Below are positions 1 to 10,281 of a stretch of DNA of 64,000 bases, piece by piece. Source of the stretch: a virus. Taxonomy: Duplodnaviria; Heunggongvirae; Uroviricota; Caudoviricetes. The position numbers and the translations under genes were made by a program. Each line of letters begins with the position of its first letter. The stretch's first letter is position 1. The stretch lies in the IMG/VR virus record IMGVR_UViG_3300021256_000063, positions 1 through 64,000 of that record; one strand, written 5' to 3'. Below the pieces are notes generated by a model that was not told the DNA's origin, made no database searches, and saw only the letters and a list, made by a program, of their open reading frames with translations.

Positions 1-435
1 GAACCAGCAATATCAATGGTTCCGTCATGCTGAAGGAATGTTGTATTTTCAAATGCAATTCTGTCATGCCCGTTAATATAGATATAGTAAGCAGCCGATG
101 CTACAAATCCCATACCTACTGTTCTAATAGGCGTCTTAGATTGTTTAAGAATATCAATAAAAAACAGTGTACTAAATAGGTCGCCACCACAACTATTAAT
201 AAGGATAGTAATAGGCTTCCTTAAATCAGGAGCGATATTCTTATCCTCTTCATTCCACTTCAAAATACGAATAGCATAGGATTCAATAATAGTACTATCA
301 ATATCTTTATTAAAGATCAGAACCCGTTTACCCGTATAAAATTTCATTAATTCATCGTATACATCTGCGCCCATTTCTTCAATATAAGAAAATTCATTTC
401 CCACTTCAGGGAGTAATGCAAGTTCAGCCATACAC
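1..435 (-). CDS. ClpP-like serine protease, N-terminal 145 aa; 3' end lies beyond the window edge
   Basis: Reverse-strand translation from the ATG at 433-435, preceded by AAAGGAGGAAACGTGT, reads MAELALLPEVG...ILINSCGGDLFSTLFFIDIL...GMGFVASAAYYIY...LQHDG. This resembles the ClpP INSPGG / GxSxG / His motifs. The ORF is not in the track because it is cut by the window edge. Confidence 0.55.
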
Positions 436-455
436 GTTTCCTCCTTTTAATTCCT

Positions 456-1262
456 TTAATCAAATAAATCAGCAAACATTTTAGAAGTCTCACTACGCAC
501 ATCTTCTGATAGATACACACACGCGAAAAGTGGATTTCCTTTAAGTTTTTCGCACATGCGTAATAAAGGGTTAAACTCAGTACTGTCTAACAATGACTGT
601 TTATAATCCCCTGAAAAATATATTTTACTATTTGTGCCCACCCTTGTTCCTACTAATTTAATTTGCTTTTCTGTCAAGTCCTCTGCTTCGTCACAAAGCA
701 TAACTGTTTCATTGTATGTTGTACCTTTCATATAATAAAGAACAGTAGAGTCAATTACCCCTTGCTGTACTAGGCTTTTATATTCAAACTCTCCCCCATT
801 TAATTGCTGAATAAACGGGAGTTGAAATAAACCTATCTTATCTGAGACATCACCGGGCAGGAAGCCAATTTCACGTCCTTCTCCCCAAGCTTCACGTACA
901 CACAATATTTTTGATTGCGTACCTTTTCTTTTAACACTGTCAAGAGCCATAGCGGTAGCAAGCATTGTCTTTCCCGACCCGTATGTTCCTAGCAAAGCAA
1001 CGGCAGTAATTTTATCATCATTTAATGCATCGAGAGCGCACCTCTGTTCTGCATTTTTCCCTTTTATATATTTGCTGTCAGGAAGTTTAAGATTCACAAA
1101 CTTATCACCTGTAAATCTCATTTCAAACTCCTGCTTAGTATCTGTATTTCTAATAATGGCATATTCATTAATACACCAATCTTTATAATTTTCAGGAGAA
1201 AGCATCAAATTGATGTACTCACTATCTCCTTCGATTCTTTTATATCCCTTGTAAAAATCCAA
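456..1262 (-). CDS. phoH: PhoH-like ATPase
   Basis: Walker A LLGTYGSGKTMLA and overall PhoH-like layout; 268 aa. Confidence 0.8.
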   Translation of the reverse strand: MDFYKGYKRIEGDSEYINLMLSPENYKDWCINEYAIIRNTDTKQEFEMRFTGDKFVNLKLPDSKYIKGKNAEQRCALDALNDDKITAVALLGTYGSGKTMLATAMALDSVKRKGTQSKILCVREAWGEGREIGFLPGDVSDKIGLFQLPFIQQLNGGEFEYKSLVQQGVIDSTVLYYMKGTTYNETVMLCDEAEDLTEKQIKLVGTRVGTNSKIYFSGDYKQSLLDSTEFNPLLRMCEKLKGNPLFACVYLSEDVRSETSKMFADLFD

Positions 1263-1323
1263 AAGAATCCTCCTTTATAATTAAGAAAGGAGTCAGCATA
1301 AAGCCGACTCCTTTCAATAATAA

Positions 1324-1866
1324 TTACTGTTGTTCCAATTTATCTATACATTGCTGGAGCGCTCTACGCTCTTTCTCAGATGAAACATTGTCCATCATGT
1401 CTTCAAGCTTTCCAATCATGCGTTCTTTTTCAGAATCACGACTTACATAGCGTCCAGTCCTTGCACTACGTCCTCTACGTTCAGAATATTCGTTATCCTG
1501 AGACGCATCATACGCACCTGCATAAGCACCATCATAGGCATGGTTATAAGTATTGCTCATTTGATCCATTGGCATTCTATAAGAATTCCCCTGATGGCTC
1601 ATATCATTATTATGATACATAAACCAAGGATAATGATTAGAATTACCACCCATGTTATTATAAGAACCACCTCTGTGACTCATTTCATATTCTTCGCTAC
1701 CACCAGACTCTTTCATAGCCTTTTCTGTCTCCATGTCAAGCATAATAGCAGACGCTTTATACAGACTATCAAGTTCCTGAGGAGTAATATCACCCTTTTT
1801 CAGAATCTTACAAATCTGATCATCAAGGAGTTCTTTGAGTTGATCATAGTGTTTAGTAAGTCCCAT
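1324..1866 (-). CDS. hypothetical protein with an N/H/Y/M-rich low-complexity centre
   Basis: 180 aa ORF, co-directional with its neighbours. Confidence 0.5.
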   Translation of the reverse strand: MGLTKHYDQLKELLDDQICKILKKGDITPQELDSLYKASAIMLDMETEKAMKESGGSEEYEMSHRGGSYNNMGGNSNHYPWFMYHNNDMSHQGNSYRMPMDQMSNTYNHAYDGAYAGAYDASQDNEYSERRGRSARTGRYVSRDSEKERMIGKLEDMMDNVSSEKERRALQQCIDKLEQQ

Positions 1867-1882
1867 ACTCTTGTCCCTCCTT

Positions 1883-2347
1883 TCAAGCCGTTCTGCTAAT
1901 ACTCAAACTACCATCAACCACATTAATTAATGGAGTAGGAGTTGTTGCCGTATCATTAACAGTGCCATTTACATATTCTACTGAAACCGTAAAACAACAT
2001 CCACGAGGAACATCTACAGTAGCCCTTGAAGTTACATTCCCATATTCATCAACGGCAGAGGGGGTAAAAATACTTCTACTGCCATCACGACTTTCCCCTG
2101 AGACCACGATAGCGGTCGCTATAGGAGTAATTGCTCCACCTTCAGGAATTGCTATATTACCTGTAAATTCAACATTATAACGTGCAAAACATGCGGTAGG
2201 ATTATTAACGATACCACGCAGAACAAAAATCCCCGTTCCACTTTGGTGAAAAATGTAACCACGATTACAGGGGATAGAATCCACAAAAGGAATTGCAGTA
2301 TTAAGCGCTACGCTTTCAACTGCATCTCTGGTTAAATATTCTGCCAT
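1883..2347 (-). CDS. hypothetical protein, possibly beta-rich structural or receptor-binding-like
   Basis: 154 aa ORF rich in T/V/G/N and predicted beta strands. Confidence 0.45.
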   Translation of the reverse strand: MAEYLTRDAVESVALNTAIPFVDSIPCNRGYIFHQSGTGIFVLRGIVNNPTACFARYNVEFTGNIAIPEGGAITPIATAIVVSGESRDGSRSIFTPSAVDEYGNVTSRATVDVPRGCCFTVSVEYVNGTVNDTATTPTPLINVVDGSLSISRTA

Positions 2348-2360
2348 AATTACACCTCCA

Positions 2361-3167
2361 TCAAGCTACGCCACAACCACATCCACATGTGCCAAAGTTT
2401 TGTCCGCAACAATTCGGGTTAGGAACTGTGTATGCAGGAACTGGAGTAGGAGCGAGGTATCTCTCAAGAGCTGCGGTCTGTGCTTCATTATTAGCCAGAA
2501 TAGCAGCCGTTTGAGCACCCTGAGACGCAGCCAGATTAGCCATTGTAAGTTGCCTTTCAAGGTCTGCGATTCTCTCATTCTTAGCATCAATCTTATCCTG
2601 ACACATAGTATCAAGAATACGCTGAATACCAGCATTCTGATTCTGAAGAATATCACGAATTCCATCATTCAGTGCTGTTCTATCTGCACAGTTTTCAGAC
2701 TGAATAACATTCTGAAGGTTAGCGGATGCTAATCTATTCTCACAGCAGCAATCTGCAAATTGCGATGCAAGCTGATTAATTCCCTGAGTTACAGCTGTTT
2801 GAGCTGTAAAAGCCTGATTCATACTAGCCATTTGACGAGCGGTTGCCGCAGTTTCAGCATTGGCAAATCCCGCACTAACACCAGCAAATCCATTACAAAG
2901 TTGAGTAGAAAGACCAGAAATACCAGACTGAATTCCAGAAACACCAGACATTACAGCAGACTGATCAAAACCACGCTGTACCTCTGCGCCCATGGAACCG
3001 CCACCATTTCCGTAGCCTCCCCAGCCGTTACCACCAAGTGCGAACAGGAATAAAAGAATAATCCACCAGCCAGACTGATCCCCCCAGCCCATGCCAGAGC
3101 CGCCATTCCCGTTCATTGGGGTTACAGGCATAACCATATCGTTACCATTTCCATCTGTTAAACTCAT
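2361..3167 (-). CDS. Gly-rich, membrane-anchored coiled-coil protein with Cys-cluster motifs
   Basis: 268 aa. The N-terminus has GNG/GG repeats and a hydrophobic WWIILLFLFALGG segment. A long A/Q-rich helical region follows. Internal CCC and a C-terminal CCGQNFGTCGCGCGVA are present. Confidence 0.5.
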   Translation of the reverse strand: MSLTDGNGNDMVMPVTPMNGNGGSGMGWGDQSGWWIILLFLFALGGNGWGGYGNGGGSMGAEVQRGFDQSAVMSGVSGIQSGISGLSTQLCNGFAGVSAGFANAETAATARQMASMNQAFTAQTAVTQGINQLASQFADCCCENRLASANLQNVIQSENCADRTALNDGIRDILQNQNAGIQRILDTMCQDKIDAKNERIADLERQLTMANLAASQGAQTAAILANNEAQTAALERYLAPTPVPAYTVPNPNCCGQNFGTCGCGCGVA

Positions 3168-3249
3168 ATTACATTTCCTCCTGACATTTAATTTATGACT
3201 GTTTGTAATATTTGAAAACCTTGCGCAATGGTTTTTTAACGAAATATAA

Positions 3250-3501
3250 TTATCTCCTGTTAATCAACATATTCTGAATTTGCGTAGCCATCTGTGACAA
3301 TTGATTGTACTGTGCTTGCGACATCCTACCACTATTTAATAATTGTTGAACTTGTTGTTTAGGATCACCATGAAAAGTTTGCCTAAACTGATTTAATTGT
3401 GAAAACATATTTGTCATCGGATTCTGCATCTGTTGCTGTCCACCTAGTAAATTAAACAAAGAGTTCATATCACTCAATCTCCTTCCTTGTAACAAAGCCA
3501 C
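3250..3501 (-). CDS. hypothetical Q/N-rich small protein
   Basis: 83 aa ORF. Confidence 0.4.
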   Translation of the reverse strand: MALLQGRRLSDMNSLFNLLGGQQQMQNPMTNMFSQLNQFRQTFHGDPKQQVQQLLNSGRMSQAQYNQLSQMATQIQNMLINRR

Positions 3502-3886
3502 TAAGAATCTCAGTAAGTTCTTCTTTCGTTACATATTGAGGAGACGTAGCTGCCTGAGCAATTTCGGTGGGCGCTCCATTCTGTTGAGTCCGTTCTGTAT
3601 AATCAAAAATTCTAAGCGGCATTGGCATACCACTATTATCTGATGATTTAATATAAAAAGTATTTGATTCACTATCCATAAGCATTACACTTTTGCCGGG
3701 AGCTACAGCCCAAGATTTTGCACCTGCTTCACCCTGAACCCACAAAATTCCATTTTCATTCGGTGTAGACGGTACAGGTTGACTTATCTGCGGTTGCACC
3801 TGTGTATAACTATAAGGATAATATTGCTGATAATTCATTGGAAATCCATTGTTATTATAAGCCATTTTATTTACTCCATTCTCCAA
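3470..3886 (-). CDS. hypothetical protein
   Basis: 138 aa ORF directly upstream of the endolysin region. Confidence 0.45.
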   Translation of the reverse strand: MENGVNKMAYNNNGFPMNYQQYYPYSYTQVQPQISQPVPSTPNENGILWVQGEAGAKSWAVAPGKSVMLMDSESNTFYIKSSDNSGMPMPLRIFDYTERTQQNGAPTEIAQAATSPQYVTKEELTEILSGFVTRKEIE

Positions 3887-4248
3887 TAATATATTGGTAC
3901 TTCATCACCAGAATCCCATGTATCATAATAATTACCGCCCATTACAGCGATAACATGAGTACCAGTTGCAAGAATACCCGAAAGTTGCGGATTATCTTGA
4001 CAAAACTGTCTTACTGTATAACAATCTGGGCACGTATCTGGAATAATATAACGTTTAAAACCATGATCAAATAAATACCGCCCCCAAACATCATTTGAGG
4101 ACGGCATATCATGCATAGCAAAACCTTGTAACATTAAACCTAAATAAGTATCTTCCCAAGATTGTTCAGTTACTTTTGATATGGCTCGTATAACACAATC
4201 ACCAACTAACTTACGAGCGGGATTCGGATTATAATTCATATAGCCCAT
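3871..4248 (-). CDS. hypothetical protein, possibly a Cys/His peptidase-like fold
   Basis: 125 aa. A Cys in GDCVIRAI and a His in GTHVIAVMGG sit at papain-like spacing. This is a weak inference. Confidence 0.4.
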   Translation of the reverse strand: MGYMNYNPNPARKLVGDCVIRAISKVTEQSWEDTYLGLMLQGFAMHDMPSSNDVWGRYLFDHGFKRYIIPDTCPDCYTVRQFCQDNPQLSGILATGTHVIAVMGGNYYDTWDSGDEVPIYYWRME

Positions 4249-4266
4249 ATCTATACCCCCATATCA

Positions 4267-5844
4267 TTACCATTTATCAATTCCAGCAAGGACATTAATT
4301 TCTTTTTGCACTACATCATACCAAGTTCCAAGAGTTTTACGTCTTTGTTCGCCAGAACCATACTTATGATCAATAGCTTTATCACCAGTATATAAGCCCT
4401 TAGCAACCTTATATACCCAATTGACTTTATTCTGTACTGCAACTGCGTCATATCCTGCTTTAGTTAATTTAGTAAAACGCTCCGATCCATCAACAGCACC
4501 ATTACCATATTTACCACGATATACGTCTGCAATGATTTCAGGCATTACTTCTTTCGTATTCTTCACAATAGCCTTATTAACTACAGGTTTAATATTCTTT
4601 TCTACGATTTTTTCAGAAACAACCTGAGATTTAGAACCAGTCTTTTCAACCTCATATTCAATCTCAAAAGCTACCTCATCATTCACACATTCAAGAATAC
4701 CATTCCAAGGATAAGAGTAATACATCTTCAAATGACTTTCGCCACGTCCGTATTGCTCATCATAATTACCTACCTGTTTCTGATCACCGACTTTGCCACC
4801 ATTTGCTGTACCCTTCTCATTAATGCTGAATTCCATTAACACATCGGGCTCAGCCGACAAACACATAGCTGTATGACATTTCTCATTAAGATAAACATCA
4901 CCCATTTGAGCAATAAAGGACATAGGACGCCATTTAAAATTTCCAGTACCTGTCATACACTGACGCATATTGCCAGTATAAGTAGCACCACCGCAACTAA
5001 TGCCAGCGGCTTCAAATGCAGATATAACAGCAGAAGAGCAATCTCTATCTCCAGATTTGATAGTATATTTATGACCATAGATATCTATAGTCTCAGTACC
5101 TGTGCCAAATCTTTTATCCATATCCTGTGTATAACCGTGATCTTTATGAGTACACAAATGTCTCATAATTAAAGCAGCCACTTCTTTCTTATACACACGA
5201 TAAATTTTCTTTTCCTTAACAGGCTGAGTATTTGATGTGTCTTTCTTCCTATTATTAAACGGGACATACCATATAGATTCATCTACATTTCCAGAAATGC
5301 CGGGAATATGTGCCCTTGAGGTAAACTGCCAACCATCCATAGGAAACGATGGTTTATATTTAGCTTCTTGCTTGCCAGAATTTGTGCCATAAGCAGGAAT
5401 CCATCTACGACATTCAAATCCTTTTAACGGATCACGCCAAAAAGCCTGTCCTGCATAAACTCCAGAATCATTACCAAATTCTTTAAGCCATGCAGTAGTT
5501 GCCTTTTTGTTTAAATGTCTTAAATTCCATTCTTCTAAATCGAGCCAATGTGATACAACATTCTTTCCTTCTGTCAATCGTTTTTCATGAGCAATTTCAC
5601 TCTTGATTTGATTCTCATTACCAGCATAACTATAAAGGTATGTTCCATAGGGAATGCCATATTTCTCACATTGTTCCACATTATATTTATAATATTTATC
5701 ATCTTGAGATTTAATATCATCTCCATATCCAGTACGAAGAATAGCACCGTCAATATAATCTTTAGCACGCTTCCAGTCAATCTTACCTTGATGCTCAGAT
5801 GCATCAATAATTCTTTCGCTCATAAGCATCCCCTTTCTATACAA
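4267..5844 (-). CDS. Endolysin: N-terminal GH25 muramidase plus a central Cys-peptidase-like (NlpC/P60 or CHAP-like) region and a C-terminal putative cell-wall-binding region
   Basis: The N-terminus IIDASEHQGKIDW...AILRTGYG matches the GH25 lysozyme signature. The mid region has DCSSAVISAFEAAGI and downstream His residues. 525 aa. Confidence 0.85.
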   Translation of the reverse strand: MYRKGMLMSERIIDASEHQGKIDWKRAKDYIDGAILRTGYGDDIKSQDDKYYKYNVEQCEKYGIPYGTYLYSYAGNENQIKSEIAHEKRLTEGKNVVSHWLDLEEWNLRHLNKKATTAWLKEFGNDSGVYAGQAFWRDPLKGFECRRWIPAYGTNSGKQEAKYKPSFPMDGWQFTSRAHIPGISGNVDESIWYVPFNNRKKDTSNTQPVKEKKIYRVYKKEVAALIMRHLCTHKDHGYTQDMDKRFGTGTETIDIYGHKYTIKSGDRDCSSAVISAFEAAGISCGGATYTGNMRQCMTGTGNFKWRPMSFIAQMGDVYLNEKCHTAMCLSAEPDVLMEFSINEKGTANGGKVGDQKQVGNYDEQYGRGESHLKMYYSYPWNGILECVNDEVAFEIEYEVEKTGSKSQVVSEKIVEKNIKPVVNKAIVKNTKEVMPEIIADVYRGKYGNGAVDGSERFTKLTKAGYDAVAVQNKVNWVYKVAKGLYTGDKAIDHKYGSGEQRRKTLGTWYDVVQKEINVLAGIDKW

Positions 5845-5958
5845 AAAATGCCTACCAAGACTTTGACATCTTGATAGGCTCTATTTATTCGATATTCAAT
5901 TGTCTATATACCTATCGTGGTACGCTTGTTTTTACAGAGGCGTGATAGGTTCCGTTAT

Positions 5959-6234
5959 TCAGTTCGCCGCATCCTTGAGCGCCTTGCCAATCTTGGCAGA
6001 GACCTTCTTACGTGCGGGAATCTGAATCGTCTCACCAGTCATAGGATTGCGACCGACTCTTGCAGCAACATCCTTAACAGACAGAGTAAGACCATTCATC
6101 AGACGAATATCCTCATGCTCACCCATGACATCAAAAATAACATCCTCCATACCCTGAAGGAATGCCTTAGTGTCAACCTTTGTGAAGCCAGTCTTCTCTG
6201 CAATCTTAGAAATAAAATCCTGCTTGTTTACCAT
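5959..6234 (-). CDS. hup: HU/IHF-family DNA-binding protein
   Basis: MVNKQDFISKIAEKTGFTKVDTKAF...RNPMTGETIQIPARKKV is a typical HU sequence. The AAAGGAG site favours the MVNKQ start at 6234, not 6255. Confidence 0.85.
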   Translation of the reverse strand: MVNKQDFISKIAEKTGFTKVDTKAFLQGMEDVIFDVMGEHEDIRLMNGLTLSVKDVAARVGRNPMTGETIQIPARKKVSAKIGKALKDAAN

Positions 6235-6400
6235 AATTTTTTCTCCTTTACTCAATGTAATCTATTTGTTTCTATATCTGAAAACGTATATGATATCATA
6301 TAAGTCTTCTTTCATATATATTTATTTTAGCATATTTAAAAAGTACTTATAATATAAGGGTTTTTTGAATGTTAAAAAAATTAGACAGATCAATACATAT

Positions 6401-9043
6401 TTAATTAACACTTTTAAAACATTCTAAAAATTGATTTGGTGAAATTGTGTAAAGCACTTTAAGTAATAGCGCACGGTTATTATTCATTTTACTTGTAACC
6501 GCTGCCCGTTTCCTTTTTAAAGATGGAGTAATATAAAAAGCACGATCTATTAAGAATGACATTAACCCCTGATATTTTTTTGTTAAACTAATTTCTTTAA
6601 TGTCATTAATTAATTCATCAAAATCATTTCTTAATAATAAAATATCTTCATCAGAATCATCTGCTATATTTTGTTGATACTGTCCCAATTTAAAACTGTA
6701 CTTTTCTATTAACTTTTCTATTTTTTTACTACGCCGCAATGGTAAATCTCTATCATGTTTAATAAAAAAATGATCCATTGGAATATCAGTATCATATGTC
6801 ATAGTAGGATTAATATCAGCATTATACAAATAATTCATAGGACAATTCAACGATGGGTTATAACGTCCTTCTTTAATCTTAGCCGTACTCATTCCAAGAC
6901 GTTTATTATTATATTTTTGAATAGGTTTAAGAAACATGGGATATCCATTTTGTTTAATATTCAAATCTCTGCGTATCCTGTCCGTTTCCTCATTTAAATC
7001 AATATCATAAGCACGTTTGCTAGAATCTATGTATATCTGAGCAAGTACAGCCAGAATACAAACATAATCTTTATATTTTTGATCTGGAAATGAATAAGAA
7101 TAGGAGAGGGCTATTTGTGCCAAGTTACTAGACAATCCAATACCCATCTGACTTGACATTAATTTATTATCTATATATGATAAATCTAGTGCTGTATTTT
7201 TGTAGCGGGTAGTATCTTTTGGAATATTATTCTTCACAGTTGGAAAAGCCGTTTGACAATGTTTAGCATGGCCTACAATCGATAAATGGTTTAATGTTAA
7301 AATTGTGTCAGAATCCTGATCGCTGCCATTATTAGCGTCTTGAAAATCATTTTGCCTCATATTAATAGCAATACAATTCTCACCCAAATAAAAATACTTT
7401 TTCATCCTCCAATCTAAATGATTGTGTAAATACCCCAATGAATTTTGCGAATTAAATGGGCTACGAAATTCTGCTAAATATTCTCCATCTTTAAATCTTT
7501 CGCTATAACACTGAATAGCCAATTCTTCTTGTTCAAAGGTTGGATCACTTTCTGGGTCTTCTCCAACAGCAAATAACAACTCAGCATAAGGAGACCCAAC
7601 AATAACCATATTATCTCCCTCATTAATAATTCGCCCTGTTTTCGCCATTTTAGCATATGTATTAATAATTAATTTCCTACGATCTCGGAAATAACTAGAA
7701 TTAATAAAATCTGGATTGTGTTTAACCAAAGCGATCAATACTTCATAATCATTGGAAAAATTTTGTCCCTTTTTTAAATAGTCAAGAAACGCCTCGTTGT
7801 TTGTTTTTAATTCCTTAATATATTCTTTTGTACATTGGATTACATCTTCCATAATATCTTCAGACATGCAATTTACATGCTGATAACTCATTTTCTGAAC
7901 ATCACCCAACTTAGATTTCTTCGCCGTCTTAACAATTCCAAAATAACTATCATTATCTTCAATAACTCGTTGACACCAATAATCATAATTAATTCTATCA
8001 TTTATAAATTTGCACCATTTCATTGCAGATTCATGGCAAATAATTTTTACGTCTTTAACCAAATGCTCATGACCAAATATATCTGTCAGCTTCCATGTCT
8101 CATAATCAATATCATGATCAGCAGCATAATCTCTAAAAAAACCCTGAATATCTGTGTCAAAACACGCCATTTTACAAAAGTGATTTCTTAAAAGAACAAA
8201 TCCATTCGTTTTAGGAAACTGCGCATGAACAAAGTTATGATCAATTAAACCTTGCCCGTCAAACATTGAATTACCAATTTTAGCATTTTCACGTTTTACT
8301 GCATGAACATGTCCATCATCACCCTTTTCAATGCTTATAATATCTTTAAAACAAAAAGAATCATAATCATCAAGTACTAATATATCATAGGGATTAACCT
8401 TAATCTTCCCAATAATAGTACTAGTTGCCAAAGAAGAATATGCTTCAGCTTCAACCAGAAGAGGATTTTCATATTCATCTAAATCAATCCCCATATATAA
8501 ATATTCTTTAGCTATGTCATACAATTCTTCTCTAATAAAATCAACAGTTCCCTTTTTAGCCTTGCCCGGTGTCCTGAACAACCTCTTATAATGTATTGTC
8601 TGTGGTTCCTGATTTTTACGAGCGGCAGGATAAGTCACATCAACACCCTCGGTATAAACCTTATCCCTTGCTTCAGCCCGATTATATCTAACATACTTGT
8701 CCTGATTTTCTTCAGCTCTCACTAATAACTCATTAAAATATTGTATCTTTTGTGTTTTTTCTTCTTCAGTTAACTTATCATTCTTCTCTGTATCTTTAAT
8801 GCATTTCTTTAAATGCGCCTTTTCTTGTTCATAGCTACGTGTGCCATATTTAAAATCAAGAACAATTACGTCTCTGGTTGATGTATCTTTATATATATCA
8901 AGCCCATGTTTCTTCATGTAATCAAGAAAAAGACTATTACACAACATGGCGTCCGTCATATCAATATGATCACGGACACCAGCATTTTTCTCTAAAAGGC
9001 TTCCGACAACGATGTTTTTAATTTTTATTCCGTATTCACCCAT
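6401..9043 (-). CDS. large hypothetical protein (880 aa), function unknown
   Basis: Long ORF with an AAAGGAGG site. No Walker A motif, no family A or B polymerase motifs, no T7-RNAP motifs and no glycyl-radical motif were recognised. Confidence 0.6.
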   Translation of the reverse strand: MGEYGIKIKNIVVGSLLEKNAGVRDHIDMTDAMLCNSLFLDYMKKHGLDIYKDTSTRDVIVLDFKYGTRSYEQEKAHLKKCIKDTEKNDKLTEEEKTQKIQYFNELLVRAEENQDKYVRYNRAEARDKVYTEGVDVTYPAARKNQEPQTIHYKRLFRTPGKAKKGTVDFIREELYDIAKEYLYMGIDLDEYENPLLVEAEAYSSLATSTIIGKIKVNPYDILVLDDYDSFCFKDIISIEKGDDGHVHAVKRENAKIGNSMFDGQGLIDHNFVHAQFPKTNGFVLLRNHFCKMACFDTDIQGFFRDYAADHDIDYETWKLTDIFGHEHLVKDVKIICHESAMKWCKFINDRINYDYWCQRVIEDNDSYFGIVKTAKKSKLGDVQKMSYQHVNCMSEDIMEDVIQCTKEYIKELKTNNEAFLDYLKKGQNFSNDYEVLIALVKHNPDFINSSYFRDRRKLIINTYAKMAKTGRIINEGDNMVIVGSPYAELLFAVGEDPESDPTFEQEELAIQCYSERFKDGEYLAEFRSPFNSQNSLGYLHNHLDWRMKKYFYLGENCIAINMRQNDFQDANNGSDQDSDTILTLNHLSIVGHAKHCQTAFPTVKNNIPKDTTRYKNTALDLSYIDNKLMSSQMGIGLSSNLAQIALSYSYSFPDQKYKDYVCILAVLAQIYIDSSKRAYDIDLNEETDRIRRDLNIKQNGYPMFLKPIQKYNNKRLGMSTAKIKEGRYNPSLNCPMNYLYNADINPTMTYDTDIPMDHFFIKHDRDLPLRRSKKIEKLIEKYSFKLGQYQQNIADDSDEDILLLRNDFDELINDIKEISLTKKYQGLMSFLIDRAFYITPSLKRKRAAVTSKMNNNRALLLKVLYTISPNQFLECFKSVN

Positions 9044-9063
9044 GCATCTTTGGCCTCCTTTAT

Positions 9064-10281
9064 TTACAACATTTTAAGTTTGTTAAGTTGCGTTTGTAGA
9101 ACAAGCGTAAACAGATAAATTTCATCTTCAGTAACGTTCCTGTCCATACTAATACGAATAGTGCTATTAATCTCTTTATCTGTTAACCCAATTTCCTGCA
9201 ATACCTTACTAGGTTCTTTCACTCCTGCATGGCAAGCACTTCCAGCAGATACTTGACAACCTTCAAAAATATCCAGATTGGTTATTAACTGCTCATTATC
9301 AATTCCATTAAAAGTAACATTGACAATATTCAACAATCCGGTATAAGGGCTATTAATCTTTACGTCATATTTTGTCATTAGGAAATCCAACAAAAGACTT
9401 CTACACCTTTTCAGATTCCTATTATCTTTATCCCTATTTTCGTATGCTTGATCCATAGCCCGACCCATCATAATAATAGAGGGCGCATCTTCAGTGCCTG
9501 ACCGCATTCCTTTTTCCTGACCACCACCATGCAGAAGAGGATTAATTTCAATACCATTTCGCACATACAAGAAACCGACCCCATGAGGCGCACCAAACTT
9601 ATGACCAGACACCGACATCATATCAATACCCATATCTTGTACATCAATCTTCATATGCGTAAAAGCTTGAACTGCATCTACATGTAACACTCCATCATAC
9701 TTGTGTACAATTTTACTAATTGCCTTAATATCATTAATTGATCCAAGTTCATTATTTGCCATCATAATTGATACAAAAATTGGATATTGTTTGACATTTG
9801 GCGTATAACGAATACGCTCCTCTAATGATTCTAAATCAACCATACCGCTATCATGACATTTCACTATATTCACACTATTGGCAATCCCCATTTCATAAAG
9901 CCATACAGCGGGATTAATAACAGAAGGATGCTCAAGACTTGAGACAAAAATTGATGGTGTTAAACGATAATAATCAAACATCTTAGAAGACCCACGAGGA
10001 GCATTCCAATGATGATACTTCTCACAACACCACCCCTTAATAGCAAGATTATTAGCTTCTGTGCCACCAGATGTAAAGATAATCTTATCACCTTCTTGAC
10101 CATTAATACACTTCAAAATATCCTGTCGTACATCCTCAATAGCCTGTCGTGTCTTCATCGACCCCTGAGAGATAGAAGAGGGATTCCACCAGTATTCCTT
10201 ACACAAGGAACCATACTCCTGTATCATTTTTTCATCAGGCTGCATCGTAGCAGCATTATCAAAATAAAGTGACGCTGACAT
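9064..10281 (-). CDS. cysteine desulfurase (NifS/IscS-like class V PLP enzyme)
   Basis: DNAAT..., SGGTEANN, SGHKFGAPHGVGFLYV and the active-site loop SAGSACHAG (compare IscS SSGSACTS). Confidence 0.8.
   Translation of the reverse strand: MSASLYFDNAATMQPDEKMIQEYGSLCKEYWWNPSSISQGSMKTRQAIEDVRQDILKCINGQEGDKIIFTSGGTEANNLAIKGWCCEKYHHWNAPRGSSKMFDYYRLTPSIFVSSLEHPSVINPAVWLYEMGIANSVNIVKCHDSGMVDLESLEERIRYTPNVKQYPIFVSIMMANNELGSINDIKAISKIVHKYDGVLHVDAVQAFTHMKIDVQDMGIDMMSVSGHKFGAPHGVGFLYVRNGIEINPLLHGGGQEKGMRSGTEDAPSIIMMGRAMDQAYENRDKDNRNLKRCRSLLLDFLMTKYDVKINSPYTGLLNIVNVTFNGIDNEQLITNLDIFEGCQVSAGSACHAGVKEPSKVLQEIGLTDKEINSTIRISMDRNVTEDEIYLFTLVLQTQLNKLKML

Noticed and set aside
6401-9043. The 880-aa protein as anaerobic RNR NrdD (paired with the radical SAM as NrdG), as a family A or B DNA polymerase, or as a T7-like RNAP.
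   Set aside because: No C-terminal glycyl-radical RVxGY motif. No DxxSLYPS, KxxxNSxYG or YGDTDS motifs. No T7-RNAP motif A, B or C. No NLCxE RNR active-site motif.
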